A stretch of DNA of 63,993 bases, the filler included, from Octopus bimaculoides (taxonomy: Eukaryota), in NCBI RefSeq assembly GCF_001194135.2. It is 11 parts of 10 records of this genome, joined end to end, with 100 filler letters (N's around TTAATTAATTAA, not from the genome) between each part and the next. Parts side by side here need not be neighbours in the genome. Positions count along the whole stretch, not along the records: positions 32,548 to 42,710 come from NC_068985.1; positions 42,811 to 51,058 come from NC_068981.1; 9 more parts are not named here. The stretch is one strand, 5' to 3'. Shown in pieces: positions 37,641 through 49,039 of this stretch (the first letter of the stretch is position 1; every line of letters begins with the position of its first letter). A program made the position numbers and the translations under genes. The notes under the pieces were generated by a model. That model did no database searches. It worked only from the letters and a program-made list of their open reading frames with translations, and was not told where the DNA came from.

Positions 37641-38149
37641 TCTTGTAATATCTTGTAATGTCATGGATATGTGTGAGACCCATACATTTCTGTGAGGGGA
37701 CCTCAGCATAAGCTTATCAGGTCATGTGTCTTTTATACATGAAGTTCATATAATGCATATAACTGATGTTTGGAATGAAAACTTATTCAGGTTGGAGGGA
37801 TAGCAGAGTATGTGAGGACGTCTGCTTGAAATTTCAGAGTGTGAAATGCTGCTTATGCATGCAAGGTTCCATCCCTAATATTTAAAATATTCACTTTTCA
37901 TGAGATAATGTTTANNNNNNNNNNNNNNNNNNNNNNNNNNNNNNNNNNNNNNNNNNNNNNNNNNNNNNNNNNNNNNNNNNNNNNNNNNNNNNNNNNNNNN
38001 NNNNNNNNNNNNNNNNNNNNNNNNNNNNNNNNNNNNNNNNNNNNNNNNNNNNNNNNNNNNNNNNAGGACGTCTGCTTGAAATTTCAGAGTGTGAAATGCT
38101 GCTTATGCATGCAAGGTTCCATCCCTAATATTTAAAATATTCACTTTTC

Positions 38150-38480
38150 ATGAGATAATGTTTAATTTTTCAGTGATGCAAAGCTCGCATTTGCTGCTCC
38201 GTCCCCTGTATTTGTTGGCCTTAGCAATAATACTCCAGGTTATCTGGATGTTACTCACCCCTCTCTCTTTCAGTCTCCATACTATATTGGCTAGGATTAT
38301 TGTGTGTTTTTTGTTTTTGGCTCTGAACAAAGCCTGGTGCAATGTATATCTTTATTTGAAGGTGTTCCCTATCATTCCAATATATGTATTTGTTACTTTG
38401 TTCAAACCCATGATATTGGTCTTATATACTAGTTCTTTTTCTAGGCACCCATTGTTCAGGAACAGCTATCTGAAGATCTA
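38150..38480 (-). mobile_element. Penelope-like element GIY-YIG endonuclease remnant (continues at 39731-39830 beyond the Tc1)
   Basis: LNNGCLEKELVYKTNIMGLNKVTNTYIGMIGNTFK*RYTLHQALFRAKNKKHTIILANIVWRLKE...ITWSIIAKANKYRGRSSKCELCITEKLNII matches the PLE pattern VY...YIG...FK.RY..H...LS.YIW.LK...I.WSI...C.LC..EK. Confidence 0.8.
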
Positions 38481-39730
38481 CAGGGGTTGGACAAAGTAAT
38501 GGAAGCACCTAACATCATAGCATCATAATTTTGAAATATCTATAAAACTGTCAAAAGCTTGTTTATGTTAATGTTTTTCGATTTATTTTTAGTGTTGCTT
38601 AATATGTTTTGCTAAAATTGCTGTTTCTTTTCAGATATCATCAGAAAAAATTAATTGAAATTCATTAAAATGACAGATCTATCGGACTTTCAAAGAGGTC
38701 AAATTGTTGGTGCGCATATGGCAGGTGCTTGCATAATGAAAACAGCCGAAATGTTTTGTGTATCATGAAGTCCTGTCTTGAAAGTAATGACAGCTTTGAG
38801 AAAGTGGGAAAAACCTCCTCGTCAAAACAAAACTGCAGAAGAAAACCAAAACTTTCAGATAAGGACCGTTGGACTCTTACATAAATTGTTAGAAAGGATC
38901 ACAAAAGTTCAGCTCCCAAAATAACTGCAGAGCTTAATGACCACCTTAGGAACTCAGTTTCCACAAAAACTGCTTGCCTGGTGTTGCACAAAGCTGGATT
39001 TCATGGGAGGGCTGCAATCAGAAAACCACTACTTTTAAAAACAAACGTTGCAAAGCATTTAGAGTGGGGTAAAAACTTACAAAACTGATCTCTAAAGCAG
39101 TGGAAGAATGTCATTTTCTTGGACAAGTTATCCTTTGCTGTATTTCTGACCACTGGCCGAGTATATATGTGGAGACATCCAAAACAAGCATTTGACCCAG
39201 ATTACATTCTTCCAACTGTTAAACATGGAGGAGGAACTGTGATGATCTGGGAGGTGGGAAATCTGCTGGCCCAATGATTTCCTTTCCTGGCAGACTGTTT
39301 AAGTATTTTATCTGATCAAGTTAATCTTATGGTTGCAGAACTGTTTCTGAAGGGAAACACAATCTTTCAGGATGATAATGCACCAATTCACACAGCTAAA
39401 GTTGTTACTGAAGCACGAGGAACATTCTGGTGAAGTTGAACATCTTATCTGGCCACCACAGTCCTCAGATCTCAATATTATAGAACATTTGTGGTGCATT
39501 TTAGAAAAACAGGAAAAAGAGTTGATATCCTCCACCATCATCACTACAAGAACTGGAGACTGTTTTAGCTGAAGAATGGACAAAAATTCCTTTGGAAACA
39601 ATTCAAACTTTGTATGAGTCCATACCTCATAGAATTCAAGCTGTAATTACTGCCAAAGGTGGTCCTACTTCATATTACAATAAAGTTGTTTTAAATTTTT
39701 AGGTGTTTCCATTATTTTGTTCAACCCCTG
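38481..39730 (+). mobile_element. Full-length, inactivated Tc1-like transposon (1250 bp)
   Basis: 32-bp TIRs CAGGGGTTGGACAAAGTAATGGAAGCACCTAA with 3 mismatches; TA TSD at 38479-38480 and 39731-39732. Transposase from ATG 38670 (MTDLSDFQRGQIVGA...FQDDNAPIHTAK...WPPQSSDLNIIEHLW) is broken by stops and frameshifts. Confidence 0.95.
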
Positions 39731-39881
39731 TATGTTCACATGATTAATTTTCCCTCTCATTAAATATGCCATCATTCGTTCAATCTCCCAACATTGTTAC
39801 ATATACTGTAATAGTTGCAGACATGCATACATACATGCATACATACATACATACATACAGGCAGACAGACAGACATTTATA

Positions 39882-40957
39882 TTAGGTTGTCAAGAAAGTT
39901 CTTGCAGAATTTTTAATTTTGGTTTTAAATGATGTATTTTCAAATTAATTTTCGTTAAACTACTTTGACTTTATATATCATTTTAAAGCCTGTTTTTTCA
40001 CTCTATCTAATCATGTTACTCTTTTTCTTTTTGAAAATTTAAGCCATTTTTTCTGGAACATTGAATACAAGATGGACAAAAACCAAACTTACACAATTTT
40101 CTTATTCCAGTTCAAGCTAGGTCGAAAAGCTGCTGAAACAGCTCGCAATATCAACGATGCGTTTGGCCCAGGAACCACTAATGAATGTACAGCACAATGT
40201 TGGTTCAAGAAATTTCGTAGCGGTGACGATGATAAGCATAGTGGTCGGCCATCGGATGTTAACAACGATCAACTAAGAGCCTTAATCGAAGCCAATCCAT
40301 GCACAACTGTTCAAGAGCTTGCTTCTGAATTAGATGTAATGTATACAACAATTTCCAGCCACTTGAAAGAGATTGGAAATGCAAAAATGCTTGAGAAATG
40401 AGTGCCGCACGAATTGAAGTGTCATCTTCCCTTCTTTTATGCAACAAGAATGACCCGTTTGTGACTTGCAATGAAAAGTGGATTCTTTATGACAGCCGGC
40501 GATGCTCAGCTCAGTGGTTGGACACTGACGAAGCTCCACGGCACTTCCCGAAGCCAAAGTTGCTCCAAAAGAAAGTCAAGGTGACTGTTTGTTGGTCTGC
40601 GGCCGGTCTCATCCATCATAGATTTTTGGATTCAGGCAAAACTATTACGGCGCAGAAATACTACCAGCAAATGGATGAAATACATAAGAAACTCCAACAA
40701 CCACAGTCTCCACGACAATGCTCAGCCATACGTCGCACAACTGACCCTGCAGAAGTTGAAAAAATTGGGCTATGAAACTCTGCCTCATCTGCCATACTCA
40801 CCAGACTTCTTGCCTACCAACTATCACTTTTTCAAGCATCTCAACAACTTCTTGCGTGAGAAATGCTTCAAAAACCAAGACAATGCCAAACACACCTTCA
40901 ACAACTTTATCACCACCAGAATGCAGGATTTTAAAGCTACTGGCATAAATAAACTTT
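39882..40957 (+). mobile_element. mariner (Mos1/SETMAR-like, DD34D) transposon, internally deleted and 3'-truncated
   Basis: TA|TTAGGTTG left end. MDKNQTYTIFLFQFKLGRKAAETARNINDAFG...TCNEKWILYD...WLDTDEAP...HDNAQPY...LPYSPDFLPTNYHFFKHL...ATGINKL. No right TIR. Confidence 0.92.
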
Positions 40958-41244
40958 ACAGACTGTACTGGGTACCTTTTATGTGACAGCAGCACTGGTG
41001 AGAGCATGAAGTAATTTACAAGACAAAAACCCTCAAAAGAGGAGGGAGTGGTATTGAGGGAGGTAGTTTTGTGCCATGTGTCTATCTAATGGGAGACCAC
41101 AAGAAGTCACAGAATACATACACATGACAAAACAGGAAAGTTTGTGTATAAAATATTTAATTCACACCATCTTACATATGTTTCATAAACAAAAAAGATT
41201 ATTTGTAAACCATATAACTAAATTCTTTTTGGTATTTCTTTCAA

Positions 41245-41401
41245 TTCTTTATATTCTGAGTTCTAATCCCACTGAAGTCAACTTGACTCATCCCCTCAAT
41301 CCAAAAATTGCTGCCCTTGTGACAAAATTTGAAAGACATTACTACAATTATAATAACAACAAACACAACAACTATTATTAATATTAATATTATTATTATT
41401 A

Positions 41402-41462
<61 letters not shown>

Positions 41463-42095
41463 GGTAGTGAGATGACAAAAATCATTAGTATGCTAGACAA
41501 AATACTTTGCAGTATTTTGTTCATCTTTATGTTGTTTTAATATTCTGTCAAGGTTGACTGCCTTTGATCCTTTATGGTGGGGGGAGGGGGCTTGATAAAA
41601 TAAGTACCAGTTGAACACTGGAGTCAATGTAATTGATTTATCCACACCCCTAAATATTGCTGGCCTTATGTTTAAATTTGAGACATCTAACATTATTATA
41701 AGGGCATGAACTGGCAGGATCATTGCTTTGTTGAACAAGAAGCTTTGTAGTATTTCTTCTGACTCGACATTCTGAATTCAAATTCCAATGAACTCAGCTT
41801 TGCCTTTCATCCTTTTTGTTGGTCACTAAAATAAAATACTAATTTAGCCCCGCCCAGTAAAAGTGCTAAAAGTTGAAACTATTATCATTAAGAGCAGGAT
41901 TATAAGAACATGGAAAAAATGATCTGTGATACTTCTGTTCATACTTTATGTTCTGAGTTCAAATCCTGCCTGAATCAACTTTGTTTTGATTGCTTTAAGT
42001 TTGATTAAGTACCAGTTATAGGGCTTAATGTAATTTACTTTTTCCTCCCCTTAAAAATGCTGGCCTTGTGCCGAAATTTGAAAATTATTAATGTT
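41245..42095 (+). mobile_element. Cluster of about 4 decayed SINE-B copies in tandem, separated by (ATT)n
   Basis: Repeated TTCTGA(G/A)TTCAAAT...CTTTGCCTTT.ATCC...AAGTACCAGTT...GCTGGCCTT.TG..AAATTTGA motifs. Confidence 0.65.
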
Positions 42096-42112
42096 CTTTT
42101 TATTTTTATTTT

Positions 42113-42145
<33 letters not shown>

Positions 42146-42357
42146 CAGCAGCAGTAGTAATATAGGTAGTGGAGGTACTGGTAGTAGTAGTATTGATGGT
42201 AGAAATAGTAGTAGGTGGCAGAAATGGTGGTGATAACAGTTTAGAGTTGCAAGAAGAGCATGTCCCTAAGACTAATTTACTGTAATTATTTTAACGAATA
42301 GAATATATGATTTTCATACAATCATTTTGTTTCCTTTAAATTTTTATCTGAGTACTT

Positions 42358-42710
42358 AAAATCAGACTAGTGCTTCATCATAGATTAGCTACTGTCATCT
42401 CAGCCTATGCACCTCAACCGGGGCTACCAGATGGTCTGAAAGACCAATTCTATGACACCCTCTTGCAAACTACCTCGTCGACGAGTGACAGGGACCTTCT
42501 CTTTGTGGCTGGAGACTTCAACGGTCATGTCGGACGTCGTGCTGGAGGCTTCCATGGCATACATGGAGGCTATGGCTTCGGTTCCCGCAACGAGGAGGGA
42601 ACCAGACTGCTGGAGTTCTGTGATGCAACCGATCTTATGGTCTGCAATACCAACTTCAGGAAACCTGCCAGTCACCTAGTCACCTACCGCTCCGGCAGAC
42701 ACTCTAGCCA
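42358..42710 (+). mobile_element. RTE LINE apurinic endonuclease fragment, uninterrupted frame
   Basis: KIRLVLHHRLATVISAYAPQPG...DQFYDTL...LFVAGDFNGHVG...HGGYGFGSRNEEGTRLLEFCDATDLMVCNTNFRKPASHLVTYRSG. Ends at a join. Confidence 0.92.
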
Positions 42711-42810
42711 NNNNNNNNNNNNNNNNNNNNNNNNNNNNNNNNNNNNNNNNNNNNTTAATTAATTAANNNNNNNNNNNNNNNNNNNNNNNNNNNNNNNNNN
42801 NNNNNNNNNN

Positions 42811-43172
42811 CTTGAAGACACCTACATCCACCGCATGCAGGTCTCTCAGGTCCTTCGGGAGGATATTGAAGAGCTGTGGACCTTTGAAGCCCAGGCTATT
42901 GCAGTATCTTGTCCTACATCTTGATGACAAATTTGGAGTCCTTGGCACTATGCAATGGCGTCCAGTTCTTTTATTTGTGTAACTTTCGATGCCAAAGTTT
43001 GGGACAATTCCTTCGAGGATCTTCCAGATGTATATTATGGCATATCTTTCTCGTCTACGCTCTAAGGAATAGAGTCTTAATCTCTTGAGTCTTTCCCAAT
43101 AGCTTATATGCTGCATAGAGGCTATTTTCTTCGTGTAGCTTCGTTGGATTGCCTCAAGTTCTGAGATTAATA
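42811..43172 (-). mobile_element. CR1/L2-like LINE RT C-terminal fragment
   Basis: ELEAIQRSYTKKI...SYWERLKRLRLYSLERRRERYAIIYIWKILEGIVPN...NSLGFKGPQLFNILPKDLRD. Confidence 0.85.
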
Positions 43173-43863
43173 CAAAATTATCTCCTCTTGTTATAAGGAG
43201 CATAAAATATTTCACTCCTAAATGCATGAACGTTGCCTCTTATACCTAGATGAGTGGTTGATATATTTATCAACAACTTTCGTGACACAATTAAAAGTTT
43301 ACGGTTCGGCAAGTGGTTTGATAGTAACACCTATTTATTTATTTATTTATTTATTTATTTATTTTGCATCTACACTTCAATTGTATTGAATATGAGAGAT
43401 TAGGTCACCGACCCAACAAGACAGTCGTCGTGTAGTCCTTGCTTGATCAGCAAGAAATGGAGCTCTGCTTTCGATTGAGAGAAACATTTGAAATCAGCAC
43501 TACAATACGAATTCTGGTCAGTGCATGTATCAATAGATTACATAATTGTTTCTGGTGACAGTGAGTAGTAGTCAGTGGCAGAAAGAGAAAAAGAGTGGGG
43601 GAGAAAGTGAAAAGAATTATGGCCACTGTCACTCATGAACTGTTCAACCTTCGACCATAGGCTCATCAATCCTCATCGGCTAGCTGTGTACTCAACCACA
43701 CACGCGCACACACACACACACAGTTATATACATACATACATACACACATACATACATACATACATACATACATACATACATACATGCATACATACAGTTA
43801 TCTATATACGTACATTTATGCCTGCATGCATACATAATACAAACATACAAACATACATACATG

Positions 43864-43919
<56 letters not shown>

Positions 43920-44202
43920 NNNNNNNNNNNNNNNNNNNNNNNNNNNNNNNNNNNNNNNNNNNNNNNNNNNNNNNNNNNNNNNNNNNNNNNNNNNNNNNNN
44001 NNNNNNNNNNNNNNNNNNNNNNNNNNNNNNNNNNNNNNNNNNNNNNNNNNNNNNNNNNNNNNNNNNNNNNNNNNNNNNNNNNNNNNNNNNNNNNNNNNNN
44101 NNNNNNNNNNNNNNNNNNNNNNNNNNNNNNNNNNNNNNNNNNNNNNNNNNGGAATGTTTATCATCGCGTCTTCAATTCAGTGTAAACTGTGTATTCTTAT
44201 AA

Positions 44203-44246
<44 letters not shown>

Positions 44247-44295
44247 TAATAATAATAATAATAATAATTGGTTTTCCGCACGTACAGATTAATGT

Positions 44296-44530
44296 TATTT
44301 CTTTACTACCCACAAGGGGCTACACACAGAGGGGACAAACAAGGACAGACAAACGGATTAAGTCGATTATATCGACCCCAGTGCGTAACTGGTACTTATT
44401 TAATCAACCCCGAAAGGATGAAAGGCAAAGTCGACCTCGGCGGAATTTGAACTCAGAACGCAGTGGCAGACGAAATACCGCTAAGCATTTCGCCCGGCGT
44501 GCTAACGTTTCTGCCAGCTCGCCGCCTTTA
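44296..44530 (-). mobile_element. SINE-B monomer (alternative tail) with 12-bp TSD
   Basis: TSD ACAGATTAATGT at 44284-44295 and 44531-44542. Confidence 0.9.
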
Positions 44531-44773
44531 ACAGATTAATGTGTGTCTTATCCAGAGCCGTCGAGACACGCGGACCAATGGCTAAATGATTAGATGAGGA
44601 TATATGTTTTAATCGAATCTTGAAGGGATTTACGTAAAGAAGATCAGCGTTATAATCTGTTTATTGCAGTTTTGTCTGATTAATCGTTAGTTTACCATCC
44701 TCTTTCTAATTGCGATTATCTATGTCTCATAGCATGAAGTTTATTATTCATCTACATACATTCCTTTTGTCAT

Positions 44774-44833
<60 letters not shown>

Positions 44834-45283
44834 CACATTCTTCTATTATAATTTCATTAACATCTAGGATGCTTTATAAGGATATTTAAAATGAATGGTA
44901 TAGTCGACCTCTACAGGATTTGAACTCAAAACATAATGGGCTGTGACTAAATACTTAGTAATGTACTAAGGAGTTGGGTGGTGGGGGTCAACGGTGGGTG
45001 GTCCACTCCGGGAGGAACTTTTCAAGGGACAGCACTTCTGAGTTTCGCTGTATAGGGGACAAGGGTGGCAAATTCAAGAACTGCGACCAAGCTAGGGAGA
45101 CGTTTTAAGGGTTTAGTTGAACAAATCGGCCCCAGTATATATATTTTTTTGAACACTCATACGTCGTCTTCGACGGGAGAGTCCATCATGTATGTATGTA
45201 TGTATGTATGTATGTATGTATGTATGTATGTATGTATGTATGTATGTATGTTTTCTTCTATTTTTATTTATCTAAAGTGTTCA

Positions 45284-45714
45284 AGGCAGCGAGCTGGCAG
45301 AATCGTTAGCACGCCGGGCGAAATGCTTAGCGGTAGTTCGTCTGTCTTTACGTTCGGAGTTCAAAATCCGCCGAGGTTGACTTTGACTTTCATCTTTTCG
45401 GGATCGATTAAATAAATACCAGTTACGCACTAGGGTCGATATAATCGACTTAATCTGTTTGCCTGTCCTTGTTTGTCCCCTCTGTGTGTAGCCCCTTGTG
45501 GGCAGTAAAGAAATAAGAAACGTTAGCACGCCGGGCGAAATGCTTAGCGGTATTTCGTCTGTCTTTGCGTTCTGAGTTCAAAATCCGCGGAGGTCGACTT
45601 TGCCTTTCATCCTTTCGGGATCGATAAATTAAGTACCAGTTGCGTACTTAGGTCGATCTAATCGACTGGCTTCCTCCCGCCAAAATTTCGGGCCTTGTGC
45701 CTAGAGTAGAAAAG
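45284..45714 (+). mobile_element. Dimeric SINE-B inserted as one unit with 18-bp TSD
   Basis: TSD ATTTATCTAAAGTGTTCA at 45266-45283 and 45715-45732. The two monomers have different tails. Confidence 0.88.
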
Positions 45715-46779
45715 ATTTATCTAAAGTGTTCACGCAAAGAAGATGGTTTCCGACAAAAATTCAGAGCTCCATCGCTGAAATATTATTTTAGCGTCAATGT
45801 CATGTCTCAATGGGCGGTTTTATCGTGCTGAAATTTTTAGCAGCAACTGACCACATACGCAATGTCTTACACAAAAACGTGACATAATCAACATTTTCGG
45901 TTGCATCTTGGGGTTCCAAGGACTTCACTGTTTCCTCTATTAAAACTTTTAAAATTTAACAAAGTAAAGTTTAATATAAAAACATTTAACTGGTTTTATA
46001 TATAACTTGACACGAACACAAGCATTAGTACATAGGCAGATCTGTTCAGTTTGGCTCACAGATTTTTTAATTAATTTTTTTTAACTAAACAGTTTGAAAC
46101 TTTGTATACTGGTGTAATTTCTCACGCAGAACACAGTTTACTTTGAACATTTTTGACAAAATTTCGTATTTTAGAAGTTATTTCGTGTTAAAGTTGTCGT
46201 ATTTTGGGTAATTCTAACCGATCAACGACGTGTATTCAGTTGAAGATAGCTATTGCTGTTTGCGATAGTAATCGAAGAGGAACAACTGCAGTGAACCACT
46301 ATGATCCTTTAAGTAATTGAGTTGCAACAGGCCCTACATTATTCAGCAATAACCGTTATAAGAAAAGAAAGATAAAGAAAACGAAGAAAATAAACTTTTG
46401 TTTCATATATATATACTCTAGTTCCCTGATATCCGTCTTGATACCGACAGAATTTTAAACAGAATGAGTAAATATGTTCATAGCTGTTATTATATGTTCT
46501 TGCTTTTATTATTAAAGTTAATTCATCCTGCTGAAAGATTAAATACACGAACGACTATCCTATTGCAAGATCCGGTACTGGGGTGTTATTGATAGGAACC
46601 TGATAAGTTATTGCTCTTCCTATGTCTCATTAATAATAGATACAAGGAAACATACTGAATCTGTATGTGGTGTGGTTTCACATATGTAATATAGTTGATG
46701 GAATCTTCAATTACGCCATGTAAATTAGAAGGCAAAACTATCTCTCAGGATATTTAAAATATGAATGTTTCTAATTTAG

Positions 46780-48068
46780 GCAGAGCGCTAGCAAATTTTG
46801 AGGGGAAGGGTTTAGTCAATTACAATATTCTCTCTCAGCGCTTGACTGGTACATTATTTTATCGACTTTGGCGGGATAAAAGGTAAAATTTATGGCTGGG
46901 ATTTGAACTCAGAAATGTAAAGGGCTGAAATAAATACCACAAGGCACATTTTTCGGACTCTCTAACGATTCTGACAAACCACAGCTTTGCATTGTATATC
47001 AGTTTCCTCATTCTGCCAATCTCCCAAAATATAAAACATGGAAATACAAGACTATAATGCTGCTGGTTAGGAATAGTTACAATAAGGCTGCGGGAAAGTA
47101 CTTCAAACAGTAGAGCCTTACATTTGTAATATAGTGAGTTGAAAAACTCGATTAACTGAGATTTTCTATACTGAGATTTTCTATGTTTTGTTGAAAGTGA
47201 GTTAGTTACAAGATCGAAAGCATTTTGTCTAACGTGTTAACGATTCCACCAACTCGTCGCCTTCTGCTCTACGATAATAATGGTAACAATTTTTGACACA
47301 AGGCCAGCAATTTCAGGGGATGGGAAAGATGATTATATTGACCCCAGCGTTCAGCTGGTACTTATTTTATCGACCTCGAAAGGATGGAAAGCAAAGTGGA
47401 CCTTCGCGGCAGAATTTGAACACAGTATATGAAGGCAAACGAAATGTCGCTAAGTATTTTGCTTGGCGTGCTAACGATTCTGCCAGCTCGACACCTGCCC
47501 AATAATAATAATGATGTCAAATTTTGGTACAAGGCCCGTAGGTTTTGGGGAGGGGCTAAGTCGATTACATCGACCCCAGTACTCAATTGGTACTTATTTT
47601 ATTGACCCTGAAAGGATGAGAGGCAAAATCGACCTCGGCGGAATTTGAACCCAGATCGCAAAGACGGATGAAATGCCGCTAAGAGTTTTGCCCGGCGTGC
47701 TAACGATTCTGCTAGCTTGCCACCTTCTACTCTACAATAATAATGATTTCTAATTTAGGCTCAAAGGTAGTCAGAACATAAAAACAGACGAAATACCTCT
47801 AAGCATTTCGCCCGGTGTGCTAACGATTGTTTTCTACTCTAGGCACAAGGCCCGAAATTTTGAGGGAGGGGCCAGTCGATTAGATCGACTCCATTACGTA
47901 ACTGGTACTTAATTTNNNNNNNNNNNNNNNNNNNNNNNNNNNNNNNNNNNNNNNNNNNNNNNNNCAAAGTCGACCTCGGCGGAATTTGAACTCAGAACGT
48001 AAAAACGGACGAAATACCACTAAGCATTTCGCCCGGCGTGCTAACGATTTTGCCAGCTCGCCGCCTTA
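46780..48068 (-). mobile_element. Cluster of about 5 SINE-B copies and fragments, minus strand
   Basis: Copies at ~46780-46990, 47293-47500, 47520-47725, 47750-47825 and 47835-48068. Confidence 0.8.
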
Positions 48069-48137
48069 ATGGAGAAAAATAATAAGTGAAGAGAGTGAGA
48101 GGTTGGGAGGAACAGACAGACAGACAAACAGACAGGC

Positions 48138-48173
<36 letters not shown>

Positions 48174-48177
48174 TTAC

Positions 48178-48208
48178 GCACACAAAGGAAAAGCGGAAGG
48201 GAAATAAT
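48178..48208 (-). CDS. Candidate 31-nt hydrophobic micro-exon (B), phase 0 to 1
   Basis: ctgtataatttcag|ATT ATT TCC CTT CCG CTT TTC CTT TGT GTG C|GTAAGT = IISLPLFLCV. Joins exon C to give IISLPLFLCVLAVQVNFS. Confidence 0.45.
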
Positions 48209-48996
48209 CTGAAATTATACAGATAATTCTATTTGTAAATACGTTTGACCTTATTCGGTGATATTTCGTCATTCGTTGACTCACAACAAAGCTTATATGT
48301 GAATGAAATGTTCTCGGTTTTTACGTCAACGCATTTACTTATATCCTAATCTAACAATGTTACATTTCAAATATGTTTTTTATATCTCAAGTTTCTATAT
48401 TAAGATCGGGTAAATTTGCTTTAAGCTTGCTCAGGTTGAAGCAAACGATCAGCAAATGCAGTTCAGCCGTGGTAAATTTTAGTTATTTATATACTTAACG
48501 ATGTATTGAACAATAACTTTGTTGTTCAATACATCGTTCTTCTTCAACCCTTGACTAAATTTTGGTGCTATTTTTAGCATATCGAGCGGCGCGTAAAAAA
48601 ACATGTTATTGTACATAAGATGATAGGTGTTAACTATTGCTAATATGAATCTCATTCAACCTCATTGACCACATATATTTCATATTTGTTTATACTAATG
48701 TATGTATGGATGTATGTCATTGTTCAGTTTTATTTCAAGATTTCTTGCCAATAGACAAAGAGCCGGATTTTAACGTAAACCCCAGGCCCCTTCATTGAAA
48801 TTTCAACATCAACAACAGGGTATTTTTGTTTGTATGTANNNNNNNNNNNNNNNNNNNNNNNNNNNNNNNNNNNNNNNNNNNNNNNNNNNNNNNNNNNNNN
48901 NNNNNNNNNNNNNNNNNNNNNNNNNNNNNNNNNNNNNNTGTGTGTGTATTGAGGGCAGCTTTGCATGCACAGGATAGTATTGCTATAATAGCCAAC

Positions 48997-49039
48997 CATG
49001 TGTAATTCTGCTCTGTCATTAATAAGCGGATCTGTATAA
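48997..49039 (-). CDS. Candidate exon (A) ending in ATG, phase 2 to 0
   Basis: tcttttttag|T TAT ACA GAT CCG CTT ATT AAT GAC AGA GCA GAA TTA CAC ATG|GTTGGC. The donor is weak. Confidence 0.25.

Noticed and set aside
37815-38164. Exact 100-bp direct repeat (37815-37914 and 38065-38164)
   Set aside because: Identical copies on both edges of an N gap are typical of an unmerged contig overlap.
46474-46592. Short plus ORF resembling a signal peptide (MSKYVHSCYYMFLLLLLKLIHPA)
   Set aside because: There is only a weak donor and no downstream partner; hydrophobic runs arise easily in T-rich DNA.
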